From contig JAEOUA010000004.1 of the NCBI GenBank assembly GCA_016839555.1, positions 1 through 64,000 on the forward strand: a stretch of DNA of 64,000 bases, written 5' to 3'. Below, piece after piece: positions 30,225 to 39,200 of the stretch. The notes below the pieces were generated by a model. It worked only from the letters and a program-made list of their open reading frames with translations. It ran no database searches and had not been told where the DNA came from. The translations under genes were made by a program, and so were the position numbers. How positions within the stretch are numbered: position 1 is the first letter of the stretch; every line of letters begins with the position of its first letter. The stretch is from Promethearchaeota archaeon. GTDB taxonomy: Archaea > Asgardarchaeota > Lokiarchaeia > Sigyniarchaeales > SOKP01.

Positions 30225-30228
30225 TTTT

Positions 30229-30597
30229 TTACCCATACACATCCGATTCTTTTTTTATAAATAACATGCCAACTGTTTTTCCTTTGACTTCACCGAGTGC
30301 TGCATCGATAAGCATTGTAGGCTTTTCTTCGAATTCAGATACTAATGGGTTTTCAATATAGACTTCGACATCATAATCTTCATTAAATTCATCCCATTTA
30401 ACGAAGCCTTTTTTATCTTTGAGAACCTTATGTTTTTGGACAAGTTCTACCACATTTCCGCAAAATGCCATTGTTCATGTTTCAGATGAATAGAAAAAAA
30501 TTGCAAGTATTAGTTCAGAGGAGTTATTTTGTTTTTTTTTAGTTTCTTTTTGTTCTTTAATATAATTCAGTGCTTTATTTGATATTGTTATCTTAAA
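30229..30597 (-). CDS. HesB/IscA-fold selenoprotein candidate (in-frame TGA = Sec at 30477-30475); start codon uncertain
   Basis: Readthrough gives KITISNKALNYIKEQ...LILAIFFYSSET-U-TMAFCGNVVELV...DVEVYIENPLVSEF..TMLID..LFIK; SD GGTGA at 30608-30604; SECIS downstream. Confidence 0.75.
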
Positions 30598-30723
30598 AAA
30601 TTATCACCACTTTCTATATTTTATATGCAACAATCTTTTAAAAATTTAAAATATTTATATAATTGTTTTAAAAACTTTTTTTGTATAATATGAAAAAAAA
30701 TTTGTAAAAATATCGACTAAAAT

Positions 30724-33645
30724 ATGACACAAGAAGAATTACAAGTACATAATTTAGAAGTAGAGAAAGTGGCTGACGAATTAAAGACATCCATAGATAT
30801 AGGCCTTACTGAGGAGGAAGCTGAAAGGCGTCTTGAGCAATATGGATTAAATGAAATACAAAAAACTGGGGGAGTGTCTCCTATACAAATATTCATTAAT
30901 CAATTTAAAGATTTCTTAGTTTATTTATTGTTTTTTGCCATAGGAATTTCTATCGTTGTTGGATTTTATGAATTATCGATTGGCGGTGATCCATCTGAAT
31001 TTTTAGATGCTATCGTGATATTTATTATCCTCGTTGCAAATGCCATTTTAGGTTTTTATCAGGAATACAAAGCGGAAAAGGCTATTGAGAGTCTGAGAGA
31101 GATGGCTCCACATTTTGCCGTTGTAATACGTGATGGAAAAACCAAACAAATTGATGTCAAAGGGGTTGTACCAGGAGATATCTTGAAGCTTGATGAGGGA
31201 GATAAAATTCCCGCAGACGCTCGGCTATTTGAAAATTATTCATTATATGTGGATGAGGCAATCCTCACCGGTGAATCTCAACCAGTTGAAAAAGATTTAA
31301 ACCTATATGACGTAAAGACCATGTTAGCAGATAGGAAAAATATGGTATTTAGTAATACAGTCATTACTCGTGGAAATGCAAAAGCTATTGCGGTAAGAAC
31401 GGCTATGAAAACAGAGGTTGGTAAAATAGCTGAAAAAATACAAGAGGAAGAACCGGAAAAAACTCCCTTTCAAAAAGAGGTTGATCGTTTTGGAAAACAA
31501 ATAGGAATTATAACTTTGATTGTATGCGCCATGGTATTCGTAATAGAGTTGGTAATAATTATTGCAACAGAAGGATTCGGATTTGAAAAAGCTGAAATCG
31601 AAGAAATAATAGAGGCTTTAACAATTGCGATAAGTTTAGCTGTATCGGCTGTACCAGAAGGATTGGTAGTTGTAATTACGGTTGTAATGAGTATCGGAAT
31701 GCGAAAAATGGCGGAACGAGACGCCTTAGTTAAAACTTTAACAGCTGTGGAAACCTTGGGGAGAGTGAACATCATTTGTTCTGATAAAACTGGAACTCTC
31801 ACCAAAAACGAAATGACGGTTAAAAAAGTATATCTTGGAGGAGAGGAATATGATGTGGATGGTGTTGGTTATATTCTTGAAGGGAAAATACTGGATAATT
31901 CTGGGAATCCAATTCAACTTGATGATAACAAAAATTTAAAAAGATACTTGGAAGTGTGTAAATTTTGTAATAACTCAACAGTTTCACCTAAAGATGATAA
32001 CCCAGTAAAGACTAATGTTATTGGAGATCCTACAGAAATCTCTTTAAAAGTTCTCGCAATGAAAATGAATCTCGATACGGAATCTAAAAAACTTGATGAG
32101 ATACCATTTAGTTCTGACAGAAAAATGATGTCGGTTGTTGTAAAAATGAATGGAGAACTTTATTCTCTCATTAAAGGAGCTCCTGATGTGATCATGAAAA
32201 AGGCGGGAAAAGCATTATATAATGGAGAAATAAAACCAATTGATGAAGTCAGAGATATATATCTTTCAAAAAATAACGAATTTGCTGAGAATGCATTAAG
32301 AGTCCTAGGGATTGCCTACAAGCCTCTAAATGAAGGATTTAATAAGGATGAAATTGAACAAGATTTTACCTATCTTGGATTAGCAGGAATTATAGATCCC
32401 GCGAGGGATGAAGTAAAAGACTCAATAGAAGAAGCAAGAATGGCTGGTATTAGAACTATTATGATAACAGGCGATCATAAAATTACCGCTATTGCCATAG
32501 CAAAACAAATCGGATTAACTGACATAGACGACGCGATTACTGGTGCTGAAATGGAAGAGATGTCTGATGAGACATTAAATGAGCGAGTTGAAGAAGTAGA
32601 TGTGTTTGCAAGAGTAACATCTGGGCACAAACTTAGAATTCTTAAAGCCTTGAAATCAAAAGAATATGTTGTTTCCATGACAGGTGATGGAGTAAATGAT
32701 GCTCCAGCAGTGAAAGGGGCAAATGTAGGCGTGGCAATGGGGATAAAAGGAACGGAAGTAACTCGCGAAGCTTCCGATATGATCCTATTGGACGATGATT
32801 ATTCAACAATCGTAGATGCTATTGAAGAGGGTCGCGGAATTTTTGAAACTACAAAGGGTTTTTTCAGGTATATGCTTGCTGCAAATTTTGATGAAATATT
32901 TATGATCTTAACGGCATATATTTTGATGAAAGTCGCAGTGAATATCTATTTAGCACCACCTATACAAGCTATTCAGATATTATGGTTAAACATCGCCACA
33001 GATGGTATTCCAGCAATGGTTCTTGGATTAACTCCAACAGATCCGGATGTTATGAAACTTAAACCGCGAAAAGGATTTAATATGATACATGATATTAGAA
33101 ATGCGATAATTTTCGCAGCAGTTTTTGCTGCAATCACCGATGTTTTATTATATATAATTTGTTGGGGAGTCCTTATTCCCGCATGGTCTACTCCAGGAGG
33201 GCTTGTATTTGATCCGCGCTTACAAAATTATCACATAATAGAAACTTCAATTCTAGGAGTTAAAATAGATCTTGGAACTGATGCCTATGAATATGCTATA
33301 GCTGTCGCTCAGAGCATCGTCTTTACAAATGTGGTATTTTTTGAATTATTTTTTGTCTTTTCATGCACTTCCGAGTGGAAACCTTTATGGGAATTTCCCA
33401 ACAAACATCTATTCTGGGCAACAGGGATTTCATTTGTATTACATCTATTGATTCTCTTCACACCGCTAAACATTGCCTTCCATGCCGTACCGATGGACAG
33501 GTGGTACCATTGGGTAGCCATATTTCTAGGATCCATTGGAATTGTTCCCGCAGAGGAATTCAGAAAATATCTCATTCGTCGCAGACAGCATAAATCAAAA
33601 AGATATCAACGACGATTAAGCAGTTATCATAGAAATAACAACTAA
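30724..33645 (+). CDS. P-type cation-transporting ATPase, type IIA (Ca2+-like)
   Basis: LTGES, PEGL, CSDKTGTLT, KGAPD, MITGD, TGDGVNDAPA, LWLNIATDG. Confidence 0.96.
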   Translation: MTQEELQVHNLEVEKVADELKTSIDIGLTEEEAERRLEQYGLNEIQKTGGVSPIQIFINQFKDFLVYLLFFAIGISIVVGFYELSIGGDPSEFLDAIVIFIILVANAILGFYQEYKAEKAIESLREMAPHFAVVIRDGKTKQIDVKGVVPGDILKLDEGDKIPADARLFENYSLYVDEAILTGESQPVEKDLNLYDVKTMLADRKNMVFSNTVITRGNAKAIAVRTAMKTEVGKIAEKIQEEEPEKTPFQKEVDRFGKQIGIITLIVCAMVFVIELVIIIATEGFGFEKAEIEEIIEALTIAISLAVSAVPEGLVVVITVVMSIGMRKMAERDALVKTLTAVETLGRVNIICSDKTGTLTKNEMTVKKVYLGGEEYDVDGVGYILEGKILDNSGNPIQLDDNKNLKRYLEVCKFCNNSTVSPKDDNPVKTNVIGDPTEISLKVLAMKMNLDTESKKLDEIPFSSDRKMMSVVVKMNGELYSLIKGAPDVIMKKAGKALYNGEIKPIDEVRDIYLSKNNEFAENALRVLGIAYKPLNEGFNKDEIEQDFTYLGLAGIIDPARDEVKDSIEEARMAGIRTIMITGDHKITAIAIAKQIGLTDIDDAITGAEMEEMSDETLNERVEEVDVFARVTSGHKLRILKALKSKEYVVSMTGDGVNDAPAVKGANVGVAMGIKGTEVTREASDMILLDDDYSTIVDAIEEGRGIFETTKGFFRYMLAANFDEIFMILTAYILMKVAVNIYLAPPIQAIQILWLNIATDGIPAMVLGLTPTDPDVMKLKPRKGFNMIHDIRNAIIFAAVFAAITDVLLYIICWGVLIPAWSTPGGLVFDPRLQNYHIIETSILGVKIDLGTDAYEYAIAVAQSIVFTNVVFFELFFVFSCTSEWKPLWEFPNKHLFWATGISFVLHLLILFTPLNIAFHAVPMDRWYHWVAIFLGSIGIVPAEEFRKYLIRRRQHKSKRYQRRLSSYHRNNN

Positions 33646-33808
33646 ATTTCAAAATTTATTTTATTTTTTCTATATTTTTTTTACCTTTATTTTTTTCAAA
33701 GAACGATTTAAAACTCATTGAGTTTAAATAATTTTATATTCTTACCATAATTTTATTAAATATTCAGAATAACTATTATCATTTTAATTAAGATATAAGA
33801 ATATAACA

Positions 33809-34501
33809 ATGAGCATTTCAGATATTTTAAAACAAAAGGCAGGTGCAGGACAAAAAGTCCTCACAGAATATGAATCCAAAGAGATCTTAAGAAAGATCGG
33901 TATTCCTATTACTGATCAAAAATTAACCTCTAATAAAGAGGAAACCATTTCTGTAGCAGAAGAAATTGGGTTTCCTGTGGTTATGAAATTAATGGCAGAA
34001 GATGTGGTACATAAATCCGATATGGGCGCAGTGAAACTAAATATTAAAACTAATGAAGAAGTCGAACAGGCATTTGATGATTTAATGAAAATTCCCTCAG
34101 AAGCAGAAAAAAAGATTTCTGTGCAAAAAATGGCTAAAGAACCAATTACGGAATTAATTATTGGTATGACCACTGATCCACAATTTGGTCCTGCACTAAT
34201 GTTTGGGATTGGAGGGATATTGGTGGAACTTTTGGAAGATGTGAGCTTTCGAATTGCTCCCATTACTGAATACGATGCAAAAGAAATGATTCGCGAAATT
34301 AAAGGCTTCCCTCTTTTAGATGGATTTCGCGGAAAACCAAAGGCTGATATAGATGCCATTGTAGATACTCTCATGAAAATTTCTGAATTTGTTATCGAAA
34401 ATGAGGAAATCTATGAGATGGACCTAAATCCTGTGTTTATATATGAAGATGGGTTAGTTTGCGTTGACGCAAGAATAATATTAAAGTCCGAAAATAAGTA
34501 A
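33809..34501 (+). CDS. acdB: ADP-forming acetyl/acyl-CoA synthetase beta subunit (ATP-grasp)
   Basis: LTEYESK, GFPVVMK...HKSD.GAV, DPQFGP..FGIGG..VE, DLNPV...VDARI. Confidence 0.92.
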   Translation: MSISDILKQKAGAGQKVLTEYESKEILRKIGIPITDQKLTSNKEETISVAEEIGFPVVMKLMAEDVVHKSDMGAVKLNIKTNEEVEQAFDDLMKIPSEAEKKISVQKMAKEPITELIIGMTTDPQFGPALMFGIGGILVELLEDVSFRIAPITEYDAKEMIREIKGFPLLDGFRGKPKADIDAIVDTLMKISEFVIENEEIYEMDLNPVFIYEDGLVCVDARIILKSENK

Positions 34502-34544
34502 AATGGTTATTTGACCAATTTTTTTAAAGCATATAAAATTTAAT

Positions 34545-35045
34545 TTAAAATTCAATTTTTTCGCCAAAATACTTTATTGGCCACTGCCAATATAAGTTAG
34601 TCTTAATAACCCCTTTTTCTGTCAAATTCTTGAATAATTGTTTTTTCAAACGATGAAGCAACCCCTCTGGATCATAGAGGATCTTTCCCTCATCTAGTGC
34701 ATCTAAAATCAAATAGAATTTGTGTTTTACATGGTTTTTAATTTCTTTAGGTGTCCACCAGAGCGCTTGAATCCCCCCAATTACTGGTTTAGTCAATTTA
34801 AGAGTTTTTTTTCTTCTCTCCCATAGACTGTCCGGTAAATCTTCACTTATAATAATTAAATCTATATCACTCACATAATCATCAGTAATTCTTCCTTTCC
34901 CCTTCGCAACAGAACCGAATAGTAAAAGTCCTTTTATATTTATTTCTTGTCTAAAAAGATAGTCCGTAAATAATCGTAATTTTTTTTTAAAATAATTTTG
35001 CTTAATATAAGATAAATCTATTTCATGGATTTTATTTTTAGTCAA
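34545..35045 (-). CDS. Minimal nucleotidyltransferase (MNT) antitoxin-like protein
   Basis: LLFGSVAKG...SDIDLIII motif; LDALDEGKILYD; overlaps the HEPN stop by 8 nt. Confidence 0.9.
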   Translation of the reverse strand: MTKNKIHEIDLSYIKQNYFKKKLRLFTDYLFRQEINIKGLLLFGSVAKGKGRITDDYVSDIDLIIISEDLPDSLWERRKKTLKLTKPVIGGIQALWWTPKEIKNHVKHKFYLILDALDEGKILYDPEGLLHRLKKQLFKNLTEKGVIKTNLYWQWPIKYFGEKIEF

Positions 35046-35550
35046 AATTTATCACCTTTTTAATCATATTTTTGAAATACCTTAATTTTTTTCTCTCTAC
35101 ATTAAATTCTTGTAAATTTTTTAATAATTCTAAAATTTCTATTAATATTTCAATTACATTTTTGAGGTAAACTTTTGTCTTGATTATATCATATTCTTCC
35201 TCAGGTGGGATTAAATTCTCACCTTTCATGATCCCATATCTCGTTTTGGTCTCCTCTTGTTCTAAATCCTTTGCTAAATTGGCAATATTTAAAAGACTAT
35301 TGCGTTTATCTTCTTCTATATTACTATTTTCGCTTGATAAGAAGGATTCTATAATAATAGAAGGTTCATAAGTTTTCTTAAATTGTAACCCTAGTAAAAA
35401 TAATAATGCTTTTTGAAGTTGTTCAATTGAAAGTTGAATTCGAAATACACAGTCAGCATAATCCTTTACCTTATAATTTCTAATTACCCTGTCAAGATTA
35501 TTAAAAGCGAGTTTAAACCAATCTTTCGTTTTTTTGTAATTTATTACCAT
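35038..35550 (-). CDS. HEPN-domain protein (toxin partner of MNT)
   Basis: WFKLA..NL, Y..CVF..QLSIEQLQKALL, TRYG..PPEEEY. Confidence 0.85.
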   Translation of the reverse strand: MVINYKKTKDWFKLAFNNLDRVIRNYKVKDYADCVFRIQLSIEQLQKALLFLLGLQFKKTYEPSIIIESFLSSENSNIEEDKRNSLLNIANLAKDLEQEETKTRYGIMKGENLIPPEEEYDIIKTKVYLKNVIEILIEILELLKNLQEFNVERKKLRYFKNMIKKVINFD

Positions 35551-35682
35551 TTGTTACATTTATTATAAACAATTATTCATTAACTATAATTCTATTTCAT
35601 TTAATCTCCTATTAAATATTTATTATGTCTAAAATTTAATTTTATAGATTATGCTCCTTTAGCCTATACAAAAGCAAATGAT

Positions 35683-35970
35683 ATTTTAGTAGAACTTTTA
35701 GAGGATGTGAGCTTTCGAATTGCTCCAATTATAGAATACGATGCAAAAAAAATGATTCGCGAAATTAAAGGCTTCCCTCTTTTAGATGGATTTCGCGGAA
35801 AATCAAAAGCTGATATTGATGCCATCGTAGATGCTCTCATGAAAATTTCTGATTTTATCATCGATAATGAGGAAATCTATGATATGAATCTAAATCCTGT
35901 ATTTATTTGCGAAGATGGGTTAGTTTGCGTGGATGCAAGAATTATTTTAAAATCTAAGGAAAAAGAATAG
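35683..35970 (+). pseudogene. Duplicated 3' fragment of acdB
   Basis: ILVELLEDVSFRIAP...VDARIILKS, near-identical to the acdB C-terminus; lacks the N-terminal ~135 codons. Confidence 0.9.
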
Positions 35971-36229
35971 CTCTTTTTTATTTATTATACTTTTTCAAAA
36001 AAATCAAATTTTTTAATATTATTCATATCTATTTTGATTTTTTAAAAAATCTAGGAACAATGAATAATTTTTAAAAGATTTATTAATAATTTCCTTCTTA
36101 AACCCTTAATTCTCTTTCGATGATATTAAATATCTAAAGGTTTATTTATAGAAAACACCATATTTATAAATATATAAATTACTATTTTTTTATACAATTA
36201 ATTAGGAAATTAAGATAATTGTAGAAATT

Positions 36230-39200
36230 ATGATAAAATTTACCATAAAAAAAAGAAAAACTAAAAGATGCATTTTTCTGATTATATTAACTTTTGGTTT
36301 ACTTTTCAGTGGATTCTTAGACTTAATTGCAAATCCTAATCTATTACAATCAAACAATTCAAATCTATATTATTATAATAATTTTCCAACTTCTCTACCT
36401 CATAGCTCTAATGGTTATTCCACATCATTTAATAATACAGGAAATCCATTGAATATAACATTACACCAATCTAAAATAGAGATGGGAACCCCCCTGTTTG
36501 AAATTTTAAATACTTCAGATAGTTCAAATAGTACAATTAGCACATCTACACCAAGTGACACGTTATTTAATTCAACCACATCTCAAATATTTATTGAAAA
36601 TATTACAGCACCAGATAAGATATTACAATTAGAAAATGATACAGATCATTATAGTGATTTGAGTACAGCTCGCTTATTTTCATTTGAAATACCAATAAAT
36701 TGCACCCTAGACAGTGTTACTATTTATTTAAATAATACATCCAGTGTAAATCCTACTGCTGTTGGGATATTTTTATGGGGTTCACAATCGGGATTACCAT
36801 ATAATTATATTACACAATTAGGAACCTCGAAAACAATACCAGCAGATGGTGAGGGATATTATACTTATAATAATCTTAATATTTTATTGAATGACACTGA
36901 CACTACAAATAAAATTTTCTTTATAAGAGTTATTGATACAGGTATAGGCAGCGCAAGAATATTTGGAAAAAATGATGGGGCGGATGGTGATCCAGATGAT
37001 TCAGATGTTTATTATTACCTTGTTGATCATTATGAATCAATAGCTATAGATTATTTTGCAAATATTACACTTAAGGCTAATAGTAATCCCTCAAGACCTT
37101 CTGATATAGGGCTTAAAATAAATGGCACACTTGTTGATAATGGTGGAGCTAGTGGTACTGGAAATCTAACAATTTTAAAAGAATATTCTACTTTACCAGA
37201 CCAAATAGAATATAATATCACGGCAGATTGGTGGGATGTCTCTTGCAATATTACAAAAATAATTGTAAATTATACTCGATCGGATTTAACTGCAATAACT
37301 GAATATAGCATTTCGGGTAGTAATCAAACAGTCCAATGGAATGCCACATTAGGTAACTTTAATAACTTTGACATTGCTTTTAATAATTATTGGATTAATT
37401 ATACTGTTCCTGAAAGTTGGCTAAATTTTAATGCCTATAATGCTTCAAATTCTATTCCATCAGAGAATATTACCGTAGGATCACCTTCGAATGGCTATAA
37501 AGAAGTACAAATCTATCCAGCGGGAAACAGTACAAATTGGTATATTTCCGCCGAATCTCCAAATTTAGTGAATGATATACTCGTATTTTTAGCAGGTGAA
37601 ACTAATGAAATATACAGCGTGAATCATTCAGACACTATAGATATTAATGTCACATTTTCTGATACAATTTGGAATGGAAATATCACCTTAAATATCTATA
37701 GTCCTTCTGATACAGGAAACTATCTTAATCATACGTATTCTCTCAATACTTCGTCTTTAAGCCCCAATACGGAATTTTATTTAAACAATTGGACAATAGA
37801 TAATATTAAAGATTACGGGATATTTAAAGTTCAAGTAGATTGGACTAATGGAACTGATGCAGGTTTCGTTGAGATAAACCTAACTATAAATGCAGTTACA
37901 GATCTAATTGTTCAAGGACCATCAACTACTATATATGATGCTGGTGATATCTTTGATGTGCAAGTGCTTTATAATGATACGGGACAGGGTCTGGATATTG
38001 ACAATGCGAATATATCATATAAAATCAATACCGGGAGTTATCGACCAATCGATCAAAACGTAACGAAACTGGGAAGCGGACTCTATAATATATCAGTTGA
38101 TTGTAATGATACCGATTTAATTTATGGTCAAAACACAATTACAATAAACGCAAGCAAACAATATTATAATGAAGCGACTACTAGCTTTAATTTTACGGTA
38201 TTCGCAGAAACCGCCCTAAGTATTAAATATCCTCCATTAGATTCCTTCTATAACTCAAGTGATACATTTGAAGTTCGGGTGTTTTTCAATGATACAATAA
38301 AAGATGCAGGTATTGATAATGCTATCATTAACTATAGTCTTGATGGTGGAAGCTCGTATAGGGGTGATAATGTTGAGAATTTCCATAATGGATATTACAA
38401 TATCACAGTTAATTGTAATGATACGCAATTCAATGATTATGGCGACATTACTCTAATAGTTAATGCTAGTAAAGCTTATCATCATAATCAGAGTCAACAA
38501 GTTAATATATCAGTAAAAGGAGAGACATTACTTACGATAATCAGCCCATCGCCTTTAGATTCCTTCAATTCTGGAGATACTTTCAATATAACTGTGCAAT
38601 ATAATGACACTTCGAGAAATCAAGGTATATCTGGAGCAAGTTTTACTGTGAAAGTAAACGGGACGGCTTATACAGAAGTAATTTATCACGATTTGTTAAA
38701 TGGAACTTATGATATTACTCTAAATGCTAGCGATAATGAGTTTTTCCCATATGGAATTGTAACTATTGAACTTAATTTCAGTAAAGATGTCTACTATTCA
38801 AGTAATAACTCGGTTCAAGTTCAAATAATTGGTGAATCAACTTTTGACAGACTTTCACCTGAGATGTATGCAATCTATCTATCGGGAGAACAATTCAATA
38901 TTATTTTACAATACAATGATTCTGTAAGAAATATTGGTATAGATGATGCAACTATTGAATACACATTGAACGGAACGGGATATAAATCAATCAATTGGGC
39001 ATATGAAGGTAATGGAATTTATAATATTACAATTGATGTGGATGATTCAGATTTTGGATCTACATATGGATATCGAAATATTATTGTTAATGTTTCAAGA
39101 GCCTTCTACGTGAATCATTCACTCACCTACACGTTCCATCGTCAGATTCCAACCTCAATTGATCCCTCCAATTTTCAGGATTTAGGATCAGTATTAAGAG

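Larger units (their letters stand above)
34217..35955 (+). repeat. Imperfect direct repeat of about 270 bp (about 34217-34490 and 35683-35955) bracketing the HEPN-MNT pair
   Basis: Long identical stretches in both copies, e.g. gatgtgagctttcgaattgctcc and aaatgattcgcgaaattaaaggcttccctcttttagatggatttcgcggaaaa. Confidence 0.92.

Noticed and set aside
30229-30471. 80-aa standalone hypothetical protein as given by the track
   Set aside because: It has no SD of its own and begins mid-fold; it is better explained as the post-TGA part of a longer protein.
34217-35970. Calling the TA cassette an IS element or provirus
   Set aside because: No transposase, integrase, terminal inverted repeats or viral genes; only the gene-end duplication is supported.
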